A DNA stretch of 63,169 bases, the filler included, from Thraustochytrium aureum (taxonomy: Eukaryota): NCBI GenBank assembly GCA_012862495.1. It is 9 parts of 4 records of this genome, joined end to end, with 100 filler letters (N's around TTAATTAATTAA, not from the genome) between each part and the next. Parts side by side here need not be neighbours in the genome. Positions count along the whole stretch, not along the records: positions 45,192 to 51,124 come from BLSG01000062.1; positions 51,225 to 52,569 come from BLSG01000062.1; positions 52,670 to 56,295 come from BLSG01000062.1; positions 56,396 to 61,891 come from BLSG01000063.1; 5 more parts are not named here. The stretch is one strand, 5' to 3'. Every line of letters starts with the position of its first letter. The stretch's first letter is position 1. The notes under the pieces are model-generated. The model saw only the letters and a program-made list of their open reading frames with translations. It ran no database searches and was not told where the DNA came from. Of the stretch, positions 47,772 through 59,439 are shown in pieces. Position numbers and translations under genes: made by a program.

Positions 47772-48737
47772 ATGAAACCCGCCGCGGAAGGGAGCTCCTG
47801 GAGGTCGCCCAAGCAGGATGTGCAGATCAGGATTGACGCCGCCAAGCGGATCGCAACCATTTTCAAAAAGGGCTCCCTGAACCGGGACGAGCGGAGGGAG
47901 TACCGCGTTCTCGTGGCCCTGGAGCACCTCTGCTACCACAGCGCCCAAACGCGCGACGAGTACACCAACCCTCGGTCGTTCGAGATCCTCCTGCACCGCG
48001 TGGCCTCCGAAAAGGCAAAGCGCAGGCGCGAGACGAGCGCCAGCTCGAACAAGACCACCTCATTCCAGGACATGCTAAAGTACTTTCTGGACATGGACCC
48101 AAAACACAAAGAGCGGCAACGCATGCTGCAAACCCGAGCCAAGGCTCGCCAACCACCCAGCGCAGAACAGCACCGACCGGGAGACAGCCACGCCGCATCC
48201 TCCTCGCACAACTCGGGAAACAACCAGCACGGCGACCTCATGATTCACACCGAGGCCTACTCGCGGACGCCTGATGTGCGCACCGAGATCAAACTTGAGC
48301 GCTCGCCCTCGAGTGCTGATGCGCCCGCGCCATGGTACTTGGCCGACGCGTCGTCGCAGCACCTGCACCAGCTGCACCACCACCACCACCAACCCCAGCG
48401 CCAGCAGCTTCAGCTGCACCATCAACAAACTCCTTTCACCCGGAATGACCAGCAGCACGTGGTCGGATTCCACAGCCCCACTAGCTCGGCGCAGCACATC
48501 ACCAGCTTTCCTCACCCCGGTTTCGGCGCGCACCCCGAGCACCACTTCACCGCGCCAGAGCGCTCCGTGTGGAATCCGCACCCCGCCCAAATGTACACAG
48601 ACACGTCGGCGCTGATGCTCCAAGAGGCTTCTCTCAAGCGCAAGCCGTTCAGCGAAGAGTCATCCGGCAACGCGTTGGACATGTGGAGCCTGAAGAAGGT
48701 GCGCCGCGCTTTCTCGGAGCAGACGCAGGCGGCTTGA
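47772..48737 (+). CDS. KIX-like (Med15/CBP-type) domain protein with a His/Gln-rich tail
   Basis: SWRSPKQDVQIRIDAAKRIATIF...ALEHLCYHSAQTRDEYTNPRSF resembles the KIX three-helix pattern; poly-H/Q region; LKRK NLS-like motif. Confidence 0.55.
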   Translation: MKPAAEGSSWRSPKQDVQIRIDAAKRIATIFKKGSLNRDERREYRVLVALEHLCYHSAQTRDEYTNPRSFEILLHRVASEKAKRRRETSASSNKTTSFQDMLKYFLDMDPKHKERQRMLQTRAKARQPPSAEQHRPGDSHAASSSHNSGNNQHGDLMIHTEAYSRTPDVRTEIKLERSPSSADAPAPWYLADASSQHLHQLHHHHHQPQRQQLQLHHQQTPFTRNDQQHVVGFHSPTSSAQHITSFPHPGFGAHPEHHFTAPERSVWNPHPAQMYTDTSALMLQEASLKRKPFSEESSGNALDMWSLKKVRRAFSEQTQAA

Positions 48738-49505
48738 CAATTACTGCCCCCGGGGGCTCCGTCTTTGGCAAACCAGGAGGGGGGACGTCGCAGAGGGGCG
48801 CGCTTGAGCCGGACTTGGACGAAGCGCCCTTCGAGCTGCACGACCACTCTGAGCGCGGCGATCAAGCCGGCAGTGCGCCTCGGGCAGGCCGGTGACGGCC
48901 TGCGGCGAGCGAGCGAGCCTGCGAGCCTGTATGTGCTGGGCTGGGCTCGGCCCGCATTTGCTGGGCTTGGCCATTCATTGTCGGTCGTAGCGCCTCACTG
49001 GAGCCGACCGCTTCCCGGCTCGGCTCGCTTCCGCCCTGCCCGACGCGTCGTGCGCTGCTGTTAGCCCCACTCCTATTCGCCGCTGCGCTGCGCGCCAGCC
49101 TGGACGGACGGCCCGCACGCTTCTCGTTGGCGCCTTTTCGTGACGCTGTCACCTGGCCTCTCAGCGAGCAAGCGTCGGCCCTCCCTCCTCCCTGGGCGGC
49201 CGCAGCAGCGCCAGGGTCCCAGTTTTGCCTTCCCCGGGGGGAAGTCTTTGAAAATACCACGCAAACGTGCTCTGCCTGTGCTCGGGTGATTTGCCTTGCC
49301 GAGGCGAGGGGGTGCGGCGCTCAGTGAGCGAGCACGACCCCTCTGGCTTTGCTTGCTGAGCACCGCAGCAATACCAGTAGAACGAACGGCCTTGCCCAGC
49401 CGATAGGTACACGCACAGCCCAACATATTTACCATAGTTGTTCTGGACAAAAGAAAACGAACTACTTTGTCTACGTGTCGCCCACGCGCTCTCAGTTGCG
49501 CGACG

Positions 49506-51124
49506 TCACTCAAGCAAGACCTCAGTCACCGCATGCGCGGCCACCGTCCAAGCGAAAAACGCTCGCTCAAGCACCTGCTTGCGCCAGTGAAAGCTCGCAA
49601 GCACGCCATGCGCCTGCTCCAGCCTGCTCTCCAGCGCGGCGTCGCGCCAATGCTCAAAGCACCGGTGCGCAACGCGGTGGACAAGGACCTGCTCGGCCGC
49701 TGCAACCAAGGCCATCTCGCGTACTCCGAGAAACCACAGATCCCAATACCGCCGCAGCAACGCCATCTCCCAGTGCCAAGCTGCGAGCGCGTTGTTTGCG
49801 CGAACAATGTGCGCCGACCCCGTGGCATCGACCCACGCCGCGAANNNNNNNNNNNNNNNNNNNNNNNNNNNNNNNNNNNNNNNNNNNNNNNNNNNNNNNN
49901 NNNNNNNNNNNNNNNNNNNNNNNNNNNNNNNNNNNNNNNNNNNNNNNNNNNNNNNNNNNNNNNNNNNNNNNNNNNNNNNNNNNNNNNNNNNNNNNNNNNN
50001 NNNNNNNNNNNNNNNNNNNNNNNNNNNNNNNNNNNNAAGCTTTTCGCGCCCTTCGCGCCGGCGGCGCAGAAAGCGCCTCCAGCGAGCAAAGGCAGCGCGT
50101 TTGCGAATGTCTTGCCTGCGGTCGCCAAAACGGACGACTCGGATCGCGCAGCGCCAGGCCGACAAGGCCTCCCGAGCGCGCCGAGCTCGGTCGTGCTCGC
50201 GCGCCGTTTTGAGCCTGGTGCCTCGCGCGACCTCCCGCTTGAGGCACACGAGCGCCCTGCGCGCACTTCGTCGGCCCCGGCGCTTGCACAGCGCAAGACT
50301 GGCCAAGCGCAGCGCCCGCGCGCCTCGCCGCCACCGAGACCATTTCGCAAATACGCGCTGCAAAGTGCGGCCTTCCCGCAGCTTTTCAAAGCTGCCGAGG
50401 GCGGCGCGCTGCCGAAGCCTTTGCGTGCTATGGCGCTCCAGCGCGCGAAACCCTTTGGCCAGGCGCGTCCCGCGCCACGCCAGAGCTCCGGCCTGCTCCG
50501 CAGACCTCGAACGCACCCGATGACGAGCCTGCTCTCTCAGAGCCGTGAAAGCGACGCGGCAGGCGCGCGAGCGCCAGTGGCCCTGCGCAGAGCTGCGCAC
50601 CTCTCTAGCGGCGCGCAGCCTGGGCACTGCAGCCTTCAGGCGCCGCAGACTGCGTCGACGCAGTTCTGCGCCGGCAACGCCCATCGCTCGCCGCGCACGA
50701 AGCCGCTCTTGCGCGTGCCAAGCAAGTCGGGCGAGGACCCCCCTTTGCACTCTCCCGTGTAAGGCGCGCTCGGCCGACCCGACGCGAGCGGCCCTTTCAG
50801 AGCGCTTAGCGCAATGCGCTCGGAGCTTCGACAGCCCTTCCGCAAGAGCGCGAGACCGACGCCAGCGCGCCCCAAACTCCTCCGCTGCGCTAGTAAACGC
50901 TGCGGCCCGCCACTGCGAGATCGCGTGCTGGAGCTGGGCTCGCCGGCACCTGCGAACCGCGAGCCGACGCGCCGCGCAAGCGCGGCTGTGGATGCGGAGC
51001 TGCCCAAGAGCCCGTCGCATTGCCACTGCGTCGTGCGCTCGGGCGGCCCAGTCCATGGTGGCGCGCGTCTTGATCCGCGCGGCTGCAAACTCCACCCAGG
51101 CAGCAAAGAACCCGATCAAGCGCG
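49506..51124 (-). CDS. Sfi1-like centrin-binding repeat protein, 5' end missing and gapped
   Basis: Recurrent A-x(7)-LL-x3-F/W-x2-W units, e.g. AAWHWEMALLRRYWDLW, ASFHWRKQVLERAFFAW, TLQRVFAKW; Arg-rich. Confidence 0.7.
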
Positions 51125-51399
51125 NNNNNNNNNNNNNNNNNNNNNNNNNNNNNNNNNNNNNNNNNNNNTTAATTAATTAANNNNNNNNNNNNNNNNNNNN
51201 NNNNNNNNNNNNNNNNNNNNNNNNGTGCCTGGGCGCCAACGTGATTGGTCCGCGAGCGACCTTCAACGAGCTTGCCACGGACGTCTCGCGACGGGTTGGG
51301 CGAGCTGCCACCCGCGGATGTTGCGCGATTTTCAAAAGTTTGTAAACAATGAGGTGAACGGGAAGGAGCGCTTTGGGGGCAGGAGCTCGTACTCCGCCG

Positions 51400-52569
51400 C
51401 TAGACGACGTCCACGGCTCGCGACACGTTGGCTATTAGCGTGCCTAGCGTGTCCTCGTGCTCGATGTCGAGGCCGTGCTGCGTGACAATCCGGCTCACTA
51501 GCGCCTTGGCCTTGTCTTCGGATGCGCCAATGCGGATCATTTGGTACACCATGCGCGTGGACAGCTCAAAGAGAACGTCCTGCAAACCGCGCTTGGACAG
51601 CTCGCTCGCCTGCTCGCCCGCACCGCCCGAAGGGGCGCCGATCAAGCTCCGGCTGCTCGTGCTACTCGTCGTGGAGCCAAAGCTACCGTTGATCTCGCTC
51701 TGAGGCGAACCCACGCGTCGCGCTCCCGGCGCTGACCCCGACCGATGCTGTCTGTTCCGCGCCAAGCCAGGCGCGACCAACTCTGCCCCCGCCCCAGGCA
51801 CGCCCGGCTGCGCACCCGCCCCATCGGGCTGCATCGCTGCTTCAGCCCCAACCGTCGCATCCACCTCCATGGCGGTGAGCGTGCGGCTTCGTTTGCGAAA
51901 CTCCATCGAGAGCGTCTCCGCAAAGGCGTCCTCCCAAAAGAGGATGCTCTGCCATATCCCCAGGCCCTTCAGGTAGGCCTCGAGGTAGTCCTCCGGCGAG
52001 ACGGGAATGCTGGACTGCTTTGCCTCAGCAAACGAGAGCCGCCGCTGCTCCAAGCTAACCAAGCGGCCGCCAGTCGACGCAGCGGCCGACGCCGCCTGGG
52101 CGCCGGCGCGGCCCTGCACCGAGCTCATTAGAGCACTCGAGTGAGGCGAAGGCGCGCCAAAGGGCTCCGGGCCCGCCGCAGGAGCAGAGCGGTCCAAGTA
52201 GTACGAGTGAGAGAGCTCGAGCATCTGGCGCGCGTTGGTGTAGTCCGATTTGCGCGAGCAGGCGTCCAAGAGCGCGCGCGTCAGGGAGACCAGGCTCAGG
52301 AATGCGCCCTCGCGCAAGCCGCGCCCCCTTGACCCGTGGGAAAAGTTGGCGCGGTGATGCGGCTGATACAGGATTAGAACAAACAGGTTGCGCGCGTGCT
52401 TGGACACCGAAAAGTGATCCGCGCATGTGAGCTGCATCTCCTCCTCCACTCTCTTGTTCAAAAAGTGTTTGCACGCACTCCTGCAGCACTCGCTCGACCA
52501 CCCGATCCCGACTCCCCCGCCTCGGACGACCAAAGTCGGCGTCAAAGGTCGCGATGCTCCGCGCTATGC
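51400..52569 (-). CDS. C-terminal SBF2/MADD-like region of a DENN-family Rab GEF; probably continues the gene at 52670-53849
   Basis: RNLFVLIL, FLSLVSLTRALLDAC..DYTNARQMLELSHSYY and YLKGLGIWQSILFWEDAF; frameshift near 52450. Confidence 0.6.
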
Positions 52570-52669
52570 NNNNNNNNNNNNNNNNNNNNNNNNNNNNNNN
52601 NNNNNNNNNNNNNTTAATTAATTAANNNNNNNNNNNNNNNNNNNNNNNNNNNNNNNNNNNNNNNNNNNN

Positions 52670-53849
52670 GCCACTGTTTAGCCTGCTCACGATCAAATGC
52701 AGGCGTGCGCTGGCGGCGCCGACCCTGGCCCGCCGCCGGCGTCCTGGTCGAGGTCCCGCACCGTTGGCTGCGCGTCCTCGGAGGCCTCGGCGCCCCACGC
52801 CGTTCGCTTTCGCCTTCGTCGCTATCGCTCTCGTCCGAGCCGTCGCCCTCGCCCTCGCCGAGTTGGTGCTCTTCGTACATGAGACAGTACCCGTACAATG
52901 GCACGCCCCACGGAGCGTGGACAAACGTGAAAAACTCGACCGTGCTGCCGTTGATCTGTTCGCCGTTCTCGTCGCCGAGCCCGCCTTCGTCTCGAGACTT
53001 GCACTGAAAAGCAAAGATGAACCACTCGATCTTGACCGGCAGCGCGAGGTCGTCGTGGTTGGTCTTGGGAAAGCGATCAGCGAGTCGCGGCTCGGCACCG
53101 GGGCGGTCCTGAAGGCGCGCCACTACAACGTAATCGGCAAGGCGCGTGGGGATTCCCCTCTGCAGCATGCTCTCCCCAGGCGACGTCGGCGAGCCAGCCT
53201 TGGCCCTCAGCGCGGCGCGGCGCGCGGCACGCGCCTCGACTGTGGCCGTCTCCTCCGGAACGGCCTCCTCCTCAAAGTGAAGGCTGAGGAGAAGAACGCC
53301 GCACGACTCGTCTTGGGGCCCCAGCGCGGCGGCCTTGGTGACCTTACCCAAGAGGTCCCTCCCCGACCCGGAGGAGGCCTCCTCGGACTCGGGCCTAGTC
53401 AGCTGATACCACTGCTTGATGCGGGCCGAGGACGACAGCCGCGTCAGCGGAATGCGCACACCGCCGTACGACTGGCACTTGGTCGAGTCCCGGACTTCGA
53501 TCTCTAGCGCAAGCTCGGCGCCCTCGCCGTCGGCGCCGTCGCCGCCGCCGCCAGAGTCAGAGCCGCCGCCTCCGGTCGGTGACGAGGCTGGGGTTGTGTT
53601 TGCAGCGGCGTGCGCGTCCCAGAGCCCGGTCACGTCAAAGACGAACGACTCGTTCCAGGTGCACCTCTTCTCGTCGTTGCCCACAGTGGTGCGTTCCTCG
53701 ACGTCCCGCAGCTTGATCCAGACGAACGGCTTGCCGTTCTGCACCTGGTCTGGATCGCTCACCGTGGCGAGCGAGTCGTGCTCCAAGCGCTTGCGCTCCC
53801 CACCGAGCGGGCTCTTAATCTTGCTCGCTATCTTGCGCACGGCTGCCAT
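52670..53849 (-). CDS. C2 + uDENN N-terminal part of a DENN-domain protein
   Basis: C2 features PFVWIKL, TWNESFVFDV, YGGVRIPL, QWYQL; uDENN RLADYVVV, DRFPKTNHDDLALPVKIEWF, FFTFV, LYGYCL. Confidence 0.75.
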
Positions 53850-54819
53850 GGCGCCTCGCCGGTGCGTCGCCGAGGCGCTCGCAGCGCCGTCCGCGCTGCC
53901 TTCCGAGGCCGAGTCGTCCGCCGCCGTAGAGCCAAGCGACCCCGCCGACGAGGGCGCCTCCTCCGCCGCAAACCTCGATCCAAACTCCCGCGCGCTGCTC
54001 GCCCCCAGTATCCCAATACCGCGCTTGCTCCTCGCGCTGCGCAGCGTCCGGCACCGCTCGCTCNNNNNNNNNNNNNNNNNNNNNNNNNNNNNNNNNNNNN
54101 NNNNNNNNNNNNNNNNNNNNNNNNNNNNNNNNNNNNNNNNNNNNNNNNNNNNNNNNNNNNNNNNNNNNNNNNNNNNNNNNNNNNNNNNNNNNNNNNNNNN
54201 NNNNNNNNNNNNNNNNNNNNNNNNNNNNNNNNNNNNNNNNNNNNNNNNNNNNNNNNNNNNNNNNNNNNNNNNNNNNNNNNNNNNNNNNNNNNNNNNNNNN
54301 NNNNNNNNNNNNNNNNNNNNNNNNNNNNNNNNNNNNNNNNNNNNNNNNNNNNNNNNNNNNNNNNNNNNNNNNNNNNNNNNNNNNNNNNNNNNNNNNNNNN
54401 NNNNNNNNNNNNNNNNNNNNNNNNNNNNNNNNNNNNNNNNNNNNNNNNNNNNNNNNNNNNNNNNNNNNNNNNNNNNNNNNNNNNNNNNNNNNNNNNNNNN
54501 NNNNNNNNNNNNNNNNNNNNNNNNNNNNNNNNNNNNNNNNNNNNNNNNNNNNNNNNNNNNNNNNNNNNNNNNNNNNNNNNNNNNNNNNNNNNNNNNNNNN
54601 NNNNNNNNNNNNNNNNNNNNNNNNNNNNNNNNNNNNNNNNNNNNNNNNNNNNNNNNNNNNNNNNNNNNNNNNNNNNNNNNNNNNNNNNNNNNNNNNNNNN
54701 NNNNNNNNNNNNNNNNNNNNNNNNNNNNNNNNNNNNNNNNNNNNNNNNNNNNNNNNNNNNNNNNNNNNNNNNNNNNNNNNNNNNNNNNNNNNNNNNNNNN
54801 NNNNNNNNNNNNNNNNNNN

Positions 54820-55181
54820 TGGCGCAGGAGCGCAGGGCGGGGCGCGCAGAGGTCGACGAGGTCGTGCGCGTGTTTGAGGCGTGCTCGCTGGAGGACGCGG
54901 GCAAGGCGGAGGCGTTCTTGCGGGCGCAAGACCCGCGCGTGTTGGAAGAGGTGGTCAAGGTGTTGCAGCAACGGAGCAGCGTGCTGCGCGATCGCGGAGA
55001 TCTTGAGCTCCTTGATGGCGCTGCGAGAGATGGGTCGTCTGTGCTGTGCCAGGCGTGCGGAGGGCTGATTCCGCTTGCAAGGCAGCAGGCTCATGCACAG
55101 CTCTGGTGCCCCGGCGAGTCGGCACTTGGCGAAGCCGGAGCAGCAGCATCTCCGGGCCTGGAGGCGATGGAAACCGACTGA
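54820..55181 (+). CDS. C-terminal fragment with a C2HC zinc finger
   Basis: CQACGGLIPLARQQAHAQLWC; the N-terminus lies in a gap. Confidence 0.5.
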
Positions 55182-55549
55182 TGAACCGCGAAGATCACTC
55201 ATATTGTAAAAACCCGCTGTCTGCTTGAAAGTGCAACGCTTGCCTTTGTGTCGGAGAACGCCTCGCTAGCGAAGCGGGACAGCTCTGGGACGCTGAGAAA
55301 AGGTCCCTCCGTTGGTTGCGCCTCTCGTGCCAGCACTGCCTCTCGTGCCAGCACTGCCTGCGCGGAGGACCTGTAGACGAAGAAAAAACTAGCTTGCCGT
55401 TTTACGCATTCCGACGCTCAGGAGGCGTCGCTGCGGAGAGCTCGCTCACGCGACCGACAAAGACGACCCCGGGCGCAATCCGTTGCCCCGTCGATGCACC
55501 CAGCGGCGCTTCGAGCGGCGCAGAGCGAGCCTTGCAGGCTCGGCATAGC

Positions 55550-56295
55550 TCACTCTTCGATGAGCTTCGAAAGGCTTTCGATAAGCGAGATCGCTTCATC
55601 AAAGCCGCAATGCGCGCAGGCGCGCCACCGAATGCGCCCCTTGCTGTCCACAAGAAAAGCGTAGCCTACGAGGCGGTTCTCAATGCCAAGCGCATCGTTG
55701 TAGACATCAAACTTGTCGTTCACCAAAGCAGTATTTGGGTGACGCCGGTCGTCCACGGAAGAGCGAAAGGCGGCTGTCATTGGGCGTCGCATGAGCCGGT
55801 AGAGGGCGCCGTCGTTCACGGCCACTTCGACCACGTGGAATCGCGTGCGGCGCCGGCTCGGCGCCGTGTGGCTGATCGAGTCTTGAATATGCCGCTCAAC
55901 GGGCTCCCGCCAAGACTCGCACATCTCATACCCAAGCTGGTTGAACGAAACTAGCAACAGTGTCACGGTCTTGGCCTTGGGAACTTCGATCAGCGACCCA
56001 GCGAGCGACTCCAGCACCAGCTTCGGCAGCACGCGAGCGGTCTCGGCTGGGAGAAGCGTCTCGTCGGTGGGAAACAGCTTCATGTCCTTGGACTCGTTGA
56101 TGGTTCGAAGCTGCACGAGCAGGCCCGACTTGAGGTGCTTCAGCAGCCTCTCTTTGATCTCGCCTCGCTTGCGAAGCCTTGCCGACAGCTCCTCCGGCTT
56201 GGGCGGCGCGTCATCTCCCGTCGCGAAGGCGCGCGCCTGCCCCGCTGCGGCTTCCCACGCCGTCGCTGCGGCTGGGCCTGGCGACCTACGCTGCA
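55550..56295 (-). CDS. ATP10: Mitochondrial ATP synthase assembly factor, 5' end missing
   Basis: VTLLLVSFNQLGYEMCESW and LGIENRLVGYAFLVDSKGRIRWRA. Confidence 0.85.
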
Positions 56296-56395
56296 NNNNN
56301 NNNNNNNNNNNNNNNNNNNNNNNNNNNNNNNNNNNNNNNTTAATTAATTAANNNNNNNNNNNNNNNNNNNNNNNNNNNNNNNNNNNNNNNNNNNN

Positions 56396-58179
56396 AGTAC
56401 GTCCGGCAGCCGGAGAAAGTCGAACTGGGCTGGGTGTGGGCGCTCTCCAGAGAGACCAGGCAGTCCTACAAATGCCGCAAGCCCTGCGCAGGGCTTTGGA
56501 TCGAGGCGAACGAAACCGACGAAGTGCACGACCTGGCCTTTGACGTCATAGACGGCGACGAGAACCAGATGTGGGCCATCAACCTGCAAGACAACAAGCT
56601 GTTTTCGCGCCCTGTAGACGGCAGTGCGCCGTGGTATTTTGTGAGCGGCGAGATCCGCAGCCTCACCGCGAGCGGGTCGTTCGCCCTCTTCGCCCTGGCC
56701 CGGGACAAGTCGAACAAGATCCTAACCTGCCCCAAGCCCTGCACCGGCAAGTGGATAGAGCCAGTGGAGGTCGCCGGCCACCCAGACGCCGGCGAGCCCT
56801 GGGGCCCGCCTGAATTGGATGACACCGCGGACAACGCACTGGACCAGATCGAGGCAGACTCCACGCACGTTTACGTACGCACCAAGGAAGGCCGGATTTT
56901 CGCGCGCCAAGTCGAGCTGCCTCTGCGAACATCCGTTGCGTGGCGGGAGATCCTCATCAACTCTAGGGAGCGCGGGACGTGGCTCGACGCCTCCGGGCCG
57001 CAGCGGTTCGTCCATGTCGCGGCGTCGGTTGCGACCGACTCGCTCTGGGCGCTTGACACGGCCGGAGAGGTCTGGGGCTGCGCCAAGCCCTGCACAAATA
57101 ATCTCTGGGTCGCGGCAAATCTCCCCGTTCAGGGAGGGACCCGAAGGCCACTGCTCGCCATTGACGCCGACGAATCGGTCGTGTGGGGCGTCTCTGCCGG
57201 AGGGCAGGCCTATGCCCACTCCACGGTTCTCGCGCACGTGTCGAACCCCTGGGTCTCTGTCCCTGCGAGTAATGACAAGTCGGACTTCACGGAGCGTGCC
57301 TGGGCCTCGGTGCCCCCTGGCGGGTTCTCGCGCGTTGCCCCTTCCTCGCTCACCTTTGCCCCGACGGACACGGCATTGTACACGGTCGAGGAGTACCCTG
57401 GGATTTGCGGCTCCTTCAACGAGAAAGACCTCTGCTCTGCAAGGGAGGAGGACCGCTGCTTCTGGAACACGTACGACAACCGCTGCGAGCGGATGATTCT
57501 CCAGGCCTCCAGCCGGCTCCCCGGCAAGCACGTCAGCGTCGAGGACGCCACCTGCGTGCTCGCCGAGACAATCCAGCCAGACGGTTCGGTCGACATCGAG
57601 CCAGGCTACGCCCTCGTCAAAGAGAAGGAGGGGGCTGAGCTCATCACCGTGCGAGACCCAGATTGTGTGGACCACGGCGTGCGCAACGCGCTGCCCGCCA
57701 CGCGGCCCCCTTGCTGGGATTTCAACGACACGGTTGTGGCCGACCAGCACTGTTTCGACGGCGATGGTGTGCGCCACCCGCTCTGCGTCTCTGTCGGCTT
57801 CGCCTCGACGGCCTCTATCGTGGTTTGCGGTGGGCGGTGGGCAACAGACCCGAATTGCGGGACGTTTTTGGAGATTCATCGTCCCGGGGACCCGGATATC
57901 ATCAACTCGGCCCGTATTCCTGCTGGGGCAGATGGCCTTGTCTCCGGGTACCACACGATGGCGCTGCCGACTAGCTTTGCGGACTTTGTCGACCCCGAAA
58001 TCGCGCATACAATTTGCATAGGCTCGTACGAGATTTGGTGGGTGCAGCGAACGCGCAACGCAAGAATCGTCGAGGCCATCAAGCCATTCGCGGTCTCAAA
58101 TCCGCTCTGCGACTGGAGTCCTGCCGAGAAGGCGTACGCCGAGTACGCCGTGGTGAACCGCCCCAAGCCCGCACAGTGA
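56396..58179 (+). CDS. Extracellular-type tectonin-like beta-propeller protein with a Cys-rich C-terminal domain, 5' end missing
   Basis: Three CxKPCxxxW units; VWAL, MWAIN, LWAL and VWGVS blade motifs. Confidence 0.55.
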
Positions 58180-59439
58180 ATGTCTATGAAACCAACTGGA
58201 ACGAGAACAAACGAAAACAACCAAACCGCCCCTAGTTCCCGAGTCGAGCAACCTCTAGCTGGAGCAACGCCAGAGAGCCGAACAAGGGCGTTGGCCGGCC
58301 CGAGCGCCGCCTGCGCGAGCGCCTTCGAGCAGTCCGAATCGTGGAGCCAGCAATCGCCGAATCCGTTGAGTGGAGGGTTCACATTCTGGCATGTGATTGA
58401 TCCGTGGTCTCAAGATTGCGAAACGAAGAAACGCGCTTGACGTTGTTGTGGCTTGGAGCGGCTCGAGTGCGGAGCGATCTCGGCCCAGCGAGCCTGGCCT
58501 TGATGTTCTCCACGTACGCAAGGCAACTTNNNNNNNNNNNNNNNNNNNNNNNNNNNNNNNNNNNNNNNNNNNNNNNNNNNNNNNNNNNNNNNNNNNNNNN
58601 NNNNNNNNNNNNNNNNNNNNNNNNNNNNNNNNNNNNNNNNNNNNNNNNNNNNNNNNNNNNNNNNNNNNNNNNNNNNNNNNNNNNNNNNNNNNNNNNNNNN
58701 NNNNNNNNNNNNNNNNNNNNNNNNNNNNNNNNNNNNNNNNNNNNNNNNNNNNNNNNNNNNNNNNNNNNNNNNNNNNNNNNNNNNNNNNNNNNNNNNNNNN
58801 NNNNNNNNNNNNNNNNNNNNNNNNNNNNNNNNNNNNNNNNNNNNNNNNNNNNNNNNNNNNNNNNNNNNNNNNNNNNNNNNNNNNNNNNNNNNNNNNNNNN
58901 NNNNNNNNNNNNNNNNNNNNNNNNNNNNNNNNNNNNNNNNNNNNNNNNNNNNNNNNNNNNNNNNNNNNNNNNNNNNNNNNNNNNNNNNNNNNNNNNNNNN
59001 NNNNNNNNNNNNNNNNNNNNNNNNNNNNNNNNNNNNNNNNNNNNNNNNNNNNNNNNNNNNNNNNNNNNNNNNNNNNNNNNNNNNNNNNNNNNNNNNNNNN
59101 NNNNNNNNNNNNNNNNNNNNNNNNNNNNNNNNNNNNNNNNNNNNNNNNNNNNNNNNNNNNNNNNNNNNNNNNNNNNNNNNNNNNNNNNNNNNNNNNNNNN
59201 NNNNNNNNNNNNNNNNNNNNNNNNNNNNNNNNNNNNNNNNNNNNNNNNNNNNNNNNNNNNNNNNNNNNNNNNNNNNNNNNNNNNNNNNNNNNNNNNNNNN
59301 NNNNNNNNNNNNNNNNNNNNNNNNNNNNNNNNNNNNNNNNNNNNNNNNNNNNNNNNNNNNNNNNNNNNNNNNNNNNNNNNNNNNNNNNNNNNNNNNNNNN
59401 NNNNNNNNNNNNNNNNNNNNNNNNNNNNNNNNNNNNNNN

